Made by a program: the position numbers and the translations under genes
Notes under the pieces: generated by a model
What the model was told of the DNA's origin: nothing
The model's database searches: none
Seen by the model: only the letters and a program-made list of their open reading frames with translations
Part shown: one piece after another, positions 18,896 through 28,938 of the stretch
Numbering within the stretch: position 1 is the first letter of the stretch
How the letters are laid out: each line of letters opens with the position of its first letter
NCBI GenBank assembly: GCA_049970495.1
Contig: JBMFMV010000007.1
Coordinates: 1 to 42,584 of the forward strand
DNA: 42,584 bases
Reading direction: 5' to 3'
From: a bacterium
GTDB taxonomy: Bacteria; DUMJ01

Positions 18896-19582
18896 TTACT
18901 CCCACTCACCCTTTATTATTCTTCTTAATTTTAGTATAATTTGAGTATGTAACTGAGACACTCTAGATTCTGTAATCCCCAAGACTAATCCAATCTGTTT
19001 TAAGGTTAATCCCTCATAATAATATAGGTTCAAAATTTGCTTCTCTCTATCATTCAACTTCCTTATAGCTTTCCCTAGAGTCTCTAACAATTCCTCTTCT
19101 ATAATTTTGTCTTCTACTAGTTCTCTATTATCAGGTACCTCAATTCCTCTTTCTTCTAGGAGCTCTTCCACAGAGGAAATAACTATAGGGCTCACTTCTT
19201 CTAATAATTCCAAATAAGAAGATAAGTCAATCCCAAGTCTATTAGCTATAATCTCTTCATTTAGTTCTTCTACCTCTAGACTATCAATTACCTCTAATAG
19301 ATGCCTATAACGTTCTCTTTGTCTTCTAGTAAGTATATCTTCTCTCCTTAAGGCATCTTTTATCGCCCCTTCTATCCTTCTTATAGCATATACTTCGAAT
19401 TTAGTCCCTTTTTTTTCATCAAAGCGATCAATTGCTTCCATCAGCCCCACTATTCCCCAGTGGAATAGGTCTTCTTTACTTATATTACTCGTCTCCTTTA
19501 TATAAAATCGGTTAACTACATACTTTACTAAAGGGAGATACTTTAAAGCAAATTCCTCTCTCTCCCCTCTTGTAAGTTTCAT
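18896..19582 (-). CDS. fliA: Flagellar sigma factor (sigma28, FliA/SigD)
   Basis: YLPLVKYV, GIVGLMEAIDRFD, LYYYEGLTLKQIGLVLGITESRVSQLH. Confidence 0.92.
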   Translation of the reverse strand: MKLTRGEREEFALKYLPLVKYVVNRFYIKETSNISKEDLFHWGIVGLMEAIDRFDEKKGTKFEVYAIRRIEGAIKDALRREDILTRRQRERYRHLLEVIDSLEVEELNEEIIANRLGIDLSSYLELLEEVSPIVISSVEELLEERGIEVPDNRELVEDKIIEEELLETLGKAIRKLNDREKQILNLYYYEGLTLKQIGLVLGITESRVSQLHTQIILKLRRIIKGEWE

Positions 19583-19584
19583 AT

Positions 19585-20064
19585 TTAAATCTCTCTTTCT
19601 CCTCTCCCTATTGTTTTTACTTTTATTATCCCGTTAGAAACAAAGAATTCCATAGTACGTCCAAAGTTTCCACCAGTATCTTCTCCTAAAATGGGAATTC
19701 CTAATTTTTTAAGAGTTTCTCTAGCTACCTCGGTATTCCTTAGTCCTATATTCATTTTATCTTCTCTTCCCTTTATACTAAACATCTGGCTTCCCCCCAC
19801 TATCTTGGCAACAATAAACTGTTTATTGGCTCCTAGCCTTAACATCTCATCTAGTAGAAAAGGAATTCCTGTACTAGCAAATTTGGTTGGATTTGAATCA
19901 TTATTATTCTGCGGTATAGGTAAAAGCGCATGTACTAGTCCTCCTATTTTCTTGTTGGGATCATAAAGTGCTACACCTATGCAAGATCCTAGACCTAGAC
20001 ATACTAATACCCCATTCAACTTTAGGACAGACCATTCACCTATTCCCACTACTATTCTATCCAT
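19585..20064 (-). CDS. cheD: Chemoreceptor glutamine deamidase
   Basis: LGLGSCIG, GGLVHALLP, AKIVGGSQMF, EDTGGNFGRT. Confidence 0.95.
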   Translation of the reverse strand: MDRIVVGIGEWSVLKLNGVLVCLGLGSCIGVALYDPNKKIGGLVHALLPIPQNNNDSNPTKFASTGIPFLLDEMLRLGANKQFIVAKIVGGSQMFSIKGREDKMNIGLRNTEVARETLKKLGIPILGEDTGGNFGRTMEFFVSNGIIKVKTIGRGEREI

Positions 20065-20066
20065 CC

Positions 20067-20669
20067 TTATAAACTTACTCCTAACGAGTTGAATATTTTC
20101 TCTAATGAGAAGCGATTAGGGACAAAAACTAAGTACCCTTCTATCATTTCTCCCTGTACTGTAAAGTCAGTAACTACAGTAATAATAAGGTCATCTTCAG
20201 CTGCTTCCATAACAAGAACAGAATCTAAGATTGCACCTGCCATATCACTAGTACTTGCAGGAACAGTAGGCAATAACTTTAAATTGGTAAAACTGGCTAG
20301 GGCATTTAGAAATGTAGAACTTACAATATTACCTACCTCTAGCAAGACTGATATCTTCATCTCTTCACTTACTTCATTCTGCGGAAAACCTGCCATAACA
20401 TTTTTTACAAGTTTCTCTGCGCTATCTCTGGTAAATAATAGAAGAATTTGACCTTCTCCATCACCTTCAACTAGAACTGTTACCCCTATAACAGGTATTT
20501 CTGGTCCACCTAAGAGATAAGGGACGTCTCTCAGTTTTAACAGCTTTACCTCTGGTACACTCATATCTACTCTTTGGTTGAGTAGCTGTGATAAACTAGT
20601 TGCAGCATTTCCAGCACCAATATTACCTAACTCCTTCAGTATATCTAAGTGCATAGAATCTAACTTCAT
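20067..20669 (-). CDS. cheC: CheY-P phosphatase
   Basis: Two intact sites: DILKELGNIGAGNAATSLS and SVLLEVGNI. Confidence 0.95.
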   Translation of the reverse strand: MKLDSMHLDILKELGNIGAGNAATSLSQLLNQRVDMSVPEVKLLKLRDVPYLLGGPEIPVIGVTVLVEGDGEGQILLLFTRDSAEKLVKNVMAGFPQNEVSEEMKISVLLEVGNIVSSTFLNALASFTNLKLLPTVPASTSDMAGAILDSVLVMEAAEDDLIITVVTDFTVQGEMIEGYLVFVPNRFSLEKIFNSLGVSL

Positions 20670-20678
20670 ACTTCCTCC

Positions 20679-22625
20679 TTATGTACTTGCCAAAGTATTA
20701 ACATCTAAAATCAAAGCAACCTTTCCATTACCAAGGATTGTAGCACCTACAAAATTTCTATTAAGGTTTACCATCTTATCCACTGACTTTATTACTATTT
20801 CTTCCTCGCCAATTAGGTCATCTACAGCTATACCAATCTGTTTGCCTCCAGTCCTTACTATTACGGCAAAGTTACATCTATTCTTATACGGAAGTCCTAA
20901 TACTTCTGATAGCCTATATAGTGGTATGACTCTACCTCTAGAGTATAATACTTCTGAACTCTTTATTGTTCTTATTTCAGATTCTTCTAATTTTACTATC
21001 TCTTCTATATTATTTAGAGGTATAGCGTAGATTTCATCACTAACTTTGACTAACAATGATTGGATTATAGCTAGGGTAAGTGGTAATCTTATGATTACTT
21101 TAGTCCCTTTACCAGGATTACTCTCCATCTTTATAGTACCATTTAACTCTTCTACCCTTCTCTTTACTACGTCCATCCCTACTCCTCTACCAGAGATATC
21201 TGTGACCTTATCAGAAGTGCTAAATCCTGGAATAAAAAGTAGGTTATAGACGTCTTCTACACTCATCCTACTAATAGATTCTTCGGATATAAGACCTTTT
21301 TCTATCGCCTTCTTCTTTACCTTCTCTACGTCTATTCCTGCCCCGTCGTCTTCTACCTCTATGTATATATTATTACCTTCATGATATGCAGAGAGCTTTA
21401 CTAAACCTTCTTCTGGTTTTCCTAGCTTGAGTCTTTCTTCTGGAGGTTCTATTCCATGATCTATCGCATTTCTTATTAGATGCATAAGAGGATCACCCAT
21501 CGCATCCACTACAGTCTTATCTAACTCTGTCTCAGCACCATATATCTCTAGTCTTACCTTCTTATTTGACTCTTGGGAAAGGTCTCTTACCATCCTTGGA
21601 AATCTATTAAATACTTGTTCTATAGGGACCATTCTCACCTTCATTACTAGGTTTTGGAGTTCATTTGTTATCCTAGCCAATTCATCTGTAGCGTTTCCCA
21701 ATTCTTTTATTTGGGCCAATCTAGTTCTCTGTATTACTAACTCTCCTACTAGATTCATAAGTTCATCTAACCTTTCAACATCTATACGTATCGTCTGTCC
21801 CATTCTTGATAGAGCCTTTATCCCTTCTCTTTCTATGGGAATTTCTTGCGGCTTAGCCTTAATCTCCTCCTTTGTCTCCTTAGTAATTTCTATAGTTATA
21901 GGTGATATATCAACAGTATCTATCTCTGATATTTGCATTATTAGATTTCTTATAGTATCTTTACCTTCTCTAGTTATAAATACAACGGTAAAGTCTAGGT
22001 CAAATTTTTCGTTCTCTAAGTCGGTAGCAGATGGCTCAGAATGAATAATATCGCCTCTATCCTCCAATGTTTTAAATACCATATAAGCTCTTACAGACTT
22101 AAGAACAGTTCCTTCTTTTAACTTTACATGTATCCTGTAGACATTAAATCCCTTTCGAACTGCTTCTTCTATGACTGCTAGGTTATACTGATCTAAGGGG
22201 AGATTTTTAGTAGAGATATCCTCGATGGCTGGAGTAGCTCCTTTATCTTCAATTCCCTTCTCAAACCTTTCTATTGCTTCTCTAACTAGAGGAGATTCAT
22301 CCGCTCCAGAGGTAGATATTAATTCTAGTCCCTTTTCCAAGGCATCAAGACTAAAGAAGAGGAGGTTAATTATATCTCCACTAGCTTTAATCCTATCTTT
22401 CCTCAGATCGTCTAATATGTTTTCCATATTATGGGTTAATGTGGCTATATTGTTAAACCCCATTGTAGCAGACATTCCTTTTATTGTATGGGCTATCCTA
22501 AATATCTCATTTAGTAACTCTTTATTACCAGGAGTCTTCTCTAGTTCTAACAGAAGCTTATTTAGCTGTACTAGATTCTCCCTAGACTCATCTAGAAAGA
22601 TTGGAAGATACTCTCTATAGTCCAT
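20679..22625 (-). CDS. cheA: Chemotaxis histidine kinase
   Basis: HPt IFRIAHTIKG, P2, LMHLIRNAIDHG, SGRGVGMDVV, P5; ATG 22625 preferred over 22646. Confidence 0.97.
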   Translation of the reverse strand: MDYREYLPIFLDESRENLVQLNKLLLELEKTPGNKELLNEIFRIAHTIKGMSATMGFNNIATLTHNMENILDDLRKDRIKASGDIINLLFFSLDALEKGLELISTSGADESPLVREAIERFEKGIEDKGATPAIEDISTKNLPLDQYNLAVIEEAVRKGFNVYRIHVKLKEGTVLKSVRAYMVFKTLEDRGDIIHSEPSATDLENEKFDLDFTVVFITREGKDTIRNLIMQISEIDTVDISPITIEITKETKEEIKAKPQEIPIEREGIKALSRMGQTIRIDVERLDELMNLVGELVIQRTRLAQIKELGNATDELARITNELQNLVMKVRMVPIEQVFNRFPRMVRDLSQESNKKVRLEIYGAETELDKTVVDAMGDPLMHLIRNAIDHGIEPPEERLKLGKPEEGLVKLSAYHEGNNIYIEVEDDGAGIDVEKVKKKAIEKGLISEESISRMSVEDVYNLLFIPGFSTSDKVTDISGRGVGMDVVKRRVEELNGTIKMESNPGKGTKVIIRLPLTLAIIQSLLVKVSDEIYAIPLNNIEEIVKLEESEIRTIKSSEVLYSRGRVIPLYRLSEVLGLPYKNRCNFAVIVRTGGKQIGIAVDDLIGEEEIVIKSVDKMVNLNRNFVGATILGNGKVALILDVNTLAST

Positions 22626-22629
22626 CTTA

Positions 22630-23415
22630 CTACACCACCTTTTCATAAAAGAATAGGTCTATAGGTTTCAATTTATAGTTTAAAGGGTTAAATATTCTTT
22701 CTGTATTGCCTAGAAATAGAATCCCACCTCCTATAAGACTTTCCGCTAATTTTTTAAATACATAGTCCTTTGCTTCTTGGGTAAAATATATTATAACATT
22801 ACGGCATAAAATAAGGTGCATCCCTTTTGGATATTGGTCCTTCAATAGATCTAGCCGATCAAATTTGACCAATGTACGAATTGAATCTACTATTCTATAG
22901 TGGTCATTATCAACTTTGATAAAATACTTTGCTAATCTTTCATGAGAAATATTTTTCATCTCCTCTGATCTATATATCCCTTCCTTAGCCTTTCTAAGAG
23001 CTTCTTCGTCTATGTCAGTAGCTAAGATATTATAGCTTTTTATTCTTAATTCATCCAATATAATAGCTACAGAATAAGGTTCATTACCATAGGAACATCC
23101 TGCGCTCCATATATTAAGGAAGCCAAATCGTTTTTCTAGTTTAGGCAGAATCTTATTTTTCAAAACTTCAAACTGGTCTATATTTCTAAAGAATTCAGAG
23201 ACATTTATAGTAACTTTATCAATAAAATCCTTCCTTAACTTCTCATCTTTTTCTATAGCTTTATAAAAGGCTAGAAAATCTTTAGCCCCAACTCTATCCA
23301 TGAGTATTTTAATCCTACGCTTTATTTGTTCATCTTTATATCCATCCAAATCTATACCAAGCAAATCCTTTATTTTCCTCTTAAAAAGTATATAATCATC
23401 TACTAATAGGCTCAT
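22630..23415 (-). CDS. cheR: Chemotaxis methyltransferase
   Basis: TINVSEFFR, IWSAGCS..EPYS, ATDID, LCRNVIIYF. Confidence 0.95.
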   Translation of the reverse strand: MSLLVDDYILFKRKIKDLLGIDLDGYKDEQIKRRIKILMDRVGAKDFLAFYKAIEKDEKLRKDFIDKVTINVSEFFRNIDQFEVLKNKILPKLEKRFGFLNIWSAGCSYGNEPYSVAIILDELRIKSYNILATDIDEEALRKAKEGIYRSEEMKNISHERLAKYFIKVDNDHYRIVDSIRTLVKFDRLDLLKDQYPKGMHLILCRNVIIYFTQEAKDYVFKKLAESLIGGGILFLGNTERIFNPLNYKLKPIDLFFYEKVV

Positions 23416-24428
23416 AACTCTAAAGCCATCCTTTCTATTTCTCTTGGGATTTCCTCTAGACTAAGAATACTATCAACAACTCCCTTTTCTATAGCAGCTT
23501 TAGGCATTCCAAAAACTACACAACTCTTTTCGTCCTGAGCTATAGTCCTGCCTCCATTCTTCTTTATCTCTTCCATTCCTCTTGCTCCATCGGTGCCCAT
23601 TCCTGTTAATATTACTGCAATAATATTTTTCTTAAAATTCTTAACCGCAGATAGCATAGTCACATCTATCGATGGTCTAACTCCCAAGACTGGCGGATCT
23701 TTACTAAGAGAAAGTAGGTTCCCATTTACTAGCAGATGATATCCCCCTGGAGCTACATAAGCTACCCCACTTTTGAGCGGTTCTCCTTCTTCTGCCTCTT
23801 TTACTAAGAACTTGGATACATTATCTAACCTCTCTGCTAGAGACCTTGTAAATCCAGGAGGCATGTGTTGGACTATTATGATGGAGGTATCAGGAAGAGA
23901 TTCTAATCTCGACATTACCTGATAAAGGGATTGTGGACCCCCAGTGCTTGCCCCAATAATCACTAACTTTTTAGGTTCTTTACCTACTATCTTGGTATCT
24001 TTACTAGGGATCTCTGAAGGGATTATATACTTACCTTTGGATTTCGCTATATTCATTATCTTTGACTGTAATTCTTTAACAAAAGAATCAAAATTGGAAA
24101 GCAGATTCTTTGGTTTAGCTACAAAATCTACTGCTCCGTTCATCAGCGCCTCTACTGTAATATCTGTATCCTTAGTAGTTAATGCGCTAACCATAATTAC
24201 AGGGGTTGGTTTTAGTCGCATTATACTCTTTAATGTCTCTAGACCATTCATAATAGGCATTTCGACATCAAGTGTTATAACATCAGGATTTATTCCTTTA
24301 AGTTTCTCTATGGCCTCTTTCCCATTTTCTGCTGTCTCTATCACTTTTATTTCAGCATTCTGTTCTAATGCATCCTTCAATATTCTCCTCATTAAAATTG
24401 AATCATCCACTATTAAGACTCTAATCAT
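23412..24428 (-). CDS. cheB: Chemotaxis response regulator methylesterase
   Basis: REC domain plus GASTGGP, QHMP, LTGMGTDG. Confidence 0.96.
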   Translation of the reverse strand: MIRVLIVDDSILMRRILKDALEQNAEIKVIETAENGKEAIEKLKGINPDVITLDVEMPIMNGLETLKSIMRLKPTPVIMVSALTTKDTDITVEALMNGAVDFVAKPKNLLSNFDSFVKELQSKIMNIAKSKGKYIIPSEIPSKDTKIVGKEPKKLVIIGASTGGPQSLYQVMSRLESLPDTSIIIVQHMPPGFTRSLAERLDNVSKFLVKEAEEGEPLKSGVAYVAPGGYHLLVNGNLLSLSKDPPVLGVRPSIDVTMLSAVKNFKKNIIAVILTGMGTDGARGMEEIKKNGGRTIAQDEKSCVVFGMPKAAIEKGVVDSILSLEEIPREIERMALEL

Positions 24429-25083
24429 TTTTTAGCCCCTTCTTTATAAGATCTCTTTGGTAGCAAAAAAGAAATCTTATAAGCCTTTCTCTCTCCTTCT
24501 CATCTATTAGAGTAAACTCTACCCCAGCATATAAGATTTCTTCCAATTTGTTATTGTTTACTTTCTCTTCTTTATCGATCCAGACAACCTCTCCTTCAAA
24601 GTCGATTTGGAATTCTGGTGGTAGCAACTCTAATCTTCCTTGAAGCACATCTTGAATCTTTAATGGCTCAGGTAAGATTATCTTAATTCCTCCACCACTA
24701 ACATCCTTTGTGTAAGTATTATAGATTTTTTCTTTACCTTTTATCCTATACATCACATTAAGAAGTATTGGAATCCTCACATAATTTCTCCTCTGAACTC
24801 TTTCTATTCCTCCAGTTATTACTACATATAATAGAGGGAGAGGCTCTAACTGCCTTTTAATAACCTCTCCAACTACCCCATAAACAGCGTCTTTAGTAGC
24901 AGAATATATGACTACCCTATCTCCTGCCCTTATAGGGACAGGTACTGTACCTATAAATGGTAAAGCTAATATTAGCTTATCATCATTTATCTCTTCTATT
25001 CTACTATTATAATTCCCTTGGTATTCACCCTCTATTACTCTTATAGAAACCTTCTTATTAGGTACAAAAGCCTTATGCTTCAT
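24421..25083 (-). CDS. YcgR/PilZ flagellar brake protein
   Basis: QRRNYVR (RxxxR) and DVSGGG (DxSxxG) c-di-GMP-binding motifs. Confidence 0.88.
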   Translation of the reverse strand: MKHKAFVPNKKVSIRVIEGEYQGNYNSRIEEINDDKLILALPFIGTVPVPIRAGDRVVIYSATKDAVYGVVGEVIKRQLEPLPLLYVVITGGIERVQRRNYVRIPILLNVMYRIKGKEKIYNTYTKDVSGGGIKIILPEPLKIQDVLQGRLELLPPEFQIDFEGEVVWIDKEEKVNNNKLEEILYAGVEFTLIDEKERERLIRFLFCYQRDLIKKGLKND

Positions 25084-25889
25084 TTTGTGCTGACCTTTTC
25101 AAGTATGTTACGGAAAAATCCCTTAAAACCGATACCTTTCCTTTCTGAACCAACTAGTTTAAGAGCAATGTCATTTACTGCTCTAGCAGCCTTTGAAAAT
25201 GGGTATCTAGTTACAAATAATGTCTGTTCCTTCACAGCCCTTTCTACCCATATATCATTAGGTATACTTCCTAAATAAGGAACGGAGAATCTTAGAAATC
25301 TTTCTAGTAAAATATTCAGTCTATTTGCAGCATCTTCCCCTTCACCAGGATTGTTTACTCTATTGACTATAAGCTTTATGTCTTTTTTTATTCCAGACAG
25401 ATTTATAGCTTTTATGAGGGTATAGGCATCGGCTAAAGCGGTAGGTTCGGGTGTCATAACTATTAAAACTTCATCGCTACCAGAGGCAAAAGATAAGACA
25501 TCTTGATGTATCCCTGCTCCACCATCTATAAAGACATAGTCTACGCTATTTCCTAATTTTATTAGTTGTTCTATAAGCTTTTCTTTCTTATATGTATCCA
25601 TTTTTGAAAGTTCTAAAGCTCCAGAACCTCCAGGTATTATAAGTATCTCCTCTGGCCCATAAGTTACAATAGCCTCAAGGTCTACATTTCTATAAATCGC
25701 ATCGTAAAGTGTATACTTAGGGGTTAATCCTAGTATTACCTCTACATTTGCGAGCCCTAAATCTCCGTCTATTATCAATACCTTCTTTCCAAGTTTTCTT
25801 ACCGCTACTCCTAGATTTACACATATATTAGTCTTTCCTGTTCCACCCTTACCGCTCAATATGGAAAAAATTCTTGCTCCACTATTCAT
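25080..25889 (-). CDS. flhG: MinD-like flagellar number regulator
   Basis: SGKGGTGKTN, DGDLGLANV, TPEPTALADAY; follows flhF. Confidence 0.92.
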   Translation of the reverse strand: MNSGARIFSILSGKGGTGKTNICVNLGVAVRKLGKKVLIIDGDLGLANVEVILGLTPKYTLYDAIYRNVDLEAIVTYGPEEILIIPGGSGALELSKMDTYKKEKLIEQLIKLGNSVDYVFIDGGAGIHQDVLSFASGSDEVLIVMTPEPTALADAYTLIKAINLSGIKKDIKLIVNRVNNPGEGEDAANRLNILLERFLRFSVPYLGSIPNDIWVERAVKEQTLFVTRYPFSKAARAVNDIALKLVGSERKGIGFKGFFRNILEKVSTK

Positions 25890-26908
25890 TTTGAACTCAC
25901 ATTCCTTCTTAATATTAGCTCAGTAAGCTTTTCACTCTTCGCCATCTCTATATTACCAGGTATATTCTGCCCATCTGTTACATAGCTTATAGGCAGATTA
26001 GTATATACTGGTATATTAATCAAATTTCCAAGAGCTACTGCCTCATCTAGTTTGCTTATAATAATAGAGTTCGGATATAGAGCTTTATAATTTTCATATA
26101 TTTCTTTTATATATCTAAAATTATCAGTAGCACTTATAACTAAATATACCTTTAACCCTTGGATAGGGACAGTATATATAAACCTCCTTAATAGTTCCAC
26201 ATATGCTTTGTCTTTCTTACCTCTTCCTGCACTATCTATGAGTATTATATCCATAGAGCTAAACTTATGAATTGCTCTTTCAAACTCCTTTACGTTAAAT
26301 ACTGGTTCTATCGGAACATTTAATATCTTACCATACACCTTAAGTTGCTCTATAGCTCCACTTCTATATATATCGGTAGTTACTATAGCTATCTTTTTGT
26401 TTTCTTCTACTGAATAATGAGAGGCTAGCTTAAGTATGGTAGTAGTTTTCCCTACTCCAGGTGGTCCTATAAAAATACTTCTCGTTTTACCAGTATAATT
26501 TGAGTCCTTTTCTGTCTTTATAAGTCCCTTTATGACAGAAAATAGGATATCAGTATCTAATTCTTGGAGTTTCAACCGATTTCCACCCACAGCCTCAATG
26601 TAACTAGAGACCACAGTATTTATTATATCACTATTTACATCTTCATCCATTAATATTTCTTTAATTCTAGAAAGAGCAGGTAAATCTATAGATGCCTCAT
26701 TTTTAAGGTTTGACAGAACCCTTTCTTGAGCTTCAAAGAAGATCTCTTTTGCTGCAGTTATTTCTATCTCTGTAGCTCCAAATAGACCAAATAATCCTTT
26801 TTTCTTTACCTTTTGTACTAAAAGTAAAGCCGCATCCTCTCCTAGGTTTTCTTTTACTTTTCTTATTGTCTCTTCTACTGTCCTACCATAGAATTTTTTT
26901 ACTATCAT
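25886..26908 (-). CDS. flhF: SRP-family flagellar GTPase
   Basis: GPPGVGKTTT, DIYRSGA, DSAG, SKLDE, GQNIP. Confidence 0.92.
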   Translation of the reverse strand: MIVKKFYGRTVEETIRKVKENLGEDAALLLVQKVKKKGLFGLFGATEIEITAAKEIFFEAQERVLSNLKNEASIDLPALSRIKEILMDEDVNSDIINTVVSSYIEAVGGNRLKLQELDTDILFSVIKGLIKTEKDSNYTGKTRSIFIGPPGVGKTTTILKLASHYSVEENKKIAIVTTDIYRSGAIEQLKVYGKILNVPIEPVFNVKEFERAIHKFSSMDIILIDSAGRGKKDKAYVELLRRFIYTVPIQGLKVYLVISATDNFRYIKEIYENYKALYPNSIIISKLDEAVALGNLINIPVYTNLPISYVTDGQNIPGNIEMAKSEKLTELILRRNVSSK

Positions 26909-28938
26909 AGTGATATTACTCCGATGTTTTCTATATCTAACGTATTATCTATCTCATTATATGATAAAACAGAGATTTGAGGAATAGCCCTTTCTAAAAG
27001 GCGTTTAAGAGGGAGCCTTAACTGTGAAGAGGTAACTATAACAGGTTGAAAGCCTCTTTTTATACCTTCATCTATTAGTGCAGAGAGCTTTCCAATAAGC
27101 TTCTGCCAAGAGTCTGGATCTATAGATAAGACTGTCCCTTGATCTGTTTTGAATAAATTTGCCATTAATTTTTCTTCCGTTTTAGGTTCTATCAGGATAA
27201 CCGGTAATACCCCATCTGAAGTAGCTAACTCTCTACTTATCATCCTTCCTAACCTTTCTCTTACCTTCTGAAGTATCACTTCTATATCTTTATTAACCCT
27301 GGCAGTGTCTGATGCTGTTTCGAGTATAGAGATTAAATCTTTTAAGGGTACCCTCTCTTTAAGCAATCCCTGAAGCAATCTTTGTATCTCCCCTAAAGAT
27401 AACTGATTAAGGGCATCATCTACAACAGCCGGATAATCCTGCCTTATTGCATCTAGAAGCCTTTGTACATCTTGTCTAGTAAGAAGTTCATCGGCATATC
27501 TTTTTATCATCTCCGTCAGATGAGTTGCTATAACTCCTGAGCTGTCTATAACCGTATATCCTTTATTTTCAGCAAATTCTCTAGCTTCAATAGGGATCCA
27601 TTTTGCTGGTAAGCCAAATATAGGTTCCTTAGTTTCTATTCCGTCTATATTTAATCCTTCTGGATTTAGAACCATTACATAACCAGGCATAACTTCTCCT
27701 TTAGCTACCTCTATACCTCTTACTTTTATCACATAACTATTGGGTCTTAATTGTATATTATCTCTTATCCTAATTGGTGGAACAATAATCCCTAATTCTT
27801 GAGCTATTTGTCTTCTAAGCATTGTGATCTTTTCAAATAACTCTCCACCTTGAGATTTATCTACAATAGGAATCAGCCCATATCCTATTTCTATCTCCAT
27901 AGGGTCAACTGAGACTATTGGTAGAGCTGTCTCTACACCTTGTACCCCAGAAGGTCTTTCCTCCTTTACCTCTTCCCCTGTAGGTACTCTTCTTAAGATA
28001 TAAGATAAGCCACCCATCAATCCTGCAAATATAAATAGTGCTAATTTAGGTAAGCCTGGAATTAATCCTAATAATACCAGAACACTAGCTATTATACCCA
28101 TTACTTTGCTGTTTGATAGAATCTGTCGTGCAAAATCTATACCCAAATTTTCCTCTGAAGCCCCTCTAGTAACTATCAAACCAGTAGCAGTAGAGACCAA
28201 TAGTGCGGATATTTGATTTACCAGTCCATTCCCTACAGTAAGTAGTGCATAAGCCTCTAAGGCACCCCTAAAATCCATCCCTCTCTGAAGAACTCCTATC
28301 ATCCACCCACCCAAGAAGTTTACCGCAGTTATTATTATAGCTGCTATTGCATCTCCTCTGACAAACTTACTTGCTCCATCCATAGCACCGTAGAAATCTG
28401 CTTCTTGCTCTATTTGTTTTCTTCTTCTTCTTGCCTCTTCCTCTGTAATTAAACCAGCATTCAAATCAGCATCAATACTCATCTGTTTACCAGGCATAGC
28501 ATCTAGCGTAAATCTAGCAGCTACTTCTGCTACTCTTTGAGCTCCATTAGTAATCACTACAAATTGAATAATTACAAGTATCAAGAATATAACTAAACCA
28601 ACTATATAATTACCTCCAACAACAAATCTACCAAAGGCATTTATTATCTCTCCCGCATAACCAGAAAGCAAAATAAGTCTGGTTGCTGAAATGCTAAGTG
28701 CAACTCTAAAAAGGGTAGCAAATAAGAGTATAGAAGGAAAAGTAGAGATCTCTATAGCCTCTTTCACGTATATGCTTATTAAAAGAAGAGAAAGAGAAAA
28801 ACTTATATTGAGTGTCAATAGGATGTCTAAAAGGAATGGAGGTAGGGGTACAATCATCATAATAACAATAAGAATTATGCCTATGGCTAATGATAAATCA
28901 CTATATCTTAATATGTTCCCAAACCTTATACTTTCCAC
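26905..28938 (-). CDS. flhA: Flagellar export gate protein FlhA
   Basis: RVAEVAARFTLDAMPGKQMSIDADL, FYGAMDGASKFVRGD. Confidence 0.98.
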   Translation of the reverse strand: MESIRFGNILRYSDLSLAIGIILIVIMMIVPLPPFLLDILLTLNISFSLSLLLISIYVKEAIEISTFPSILLFATLFRVALSISATRLILLSGYAGEIINAFGRFVVGGNYIVGLVIFLILVIIQFVVITNGAQRVAEVAARFTLDAMPGKQMSIDADLNAGLITEEEARRRRKQIEQEADFYGAMDGASKFVRGDAIAAIIITAVNFLGGWMIGVLQRGMDFRGALEAYALLTVGNGLVNQISALLVSTATGLIVTRGASEENLGIDFARQILSNSKVMGIIASVLVLLGLIPGLPKLALFIFAGLMGGLSYILRRVPTGEEVKEERPSGVQGVETALPIVSVDPMEIEIGYGLIPIVDKSQGGELFEKITMLRRQIAQELGIIVPPIRIRDNIQLRPNSYVIKVRGIEVAKGEVMPGYVMVLNPEGLNIDGIETKEPIFGLPAKWIPIEAREFAENKGYTVIDSSGVIATHLTEMIKRYADELLTRQDVQRLLDAIRQDYPAVVDDALNQLSLGEIQRLLQGLLKERVPLKDLISILETASDTARVNKDIEVILQKVRERLGRMISRELATSDGVLPVILIEPKTEEKLMANLFKTDQGTVLSIDPDSWQKLIGKLSALIDEGIKRGFQPVIVTSSQLRLPLKRLLERAIPQISVLSYNEIDNTLDIENIGVISL

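Noticed and set aside
19409..19417. A-tract in fliA (and a similar one near 15840) as a phase-variation site
   Set aside because: Runs of about 8 A are ordinary at this AT content, and the frames are intact.
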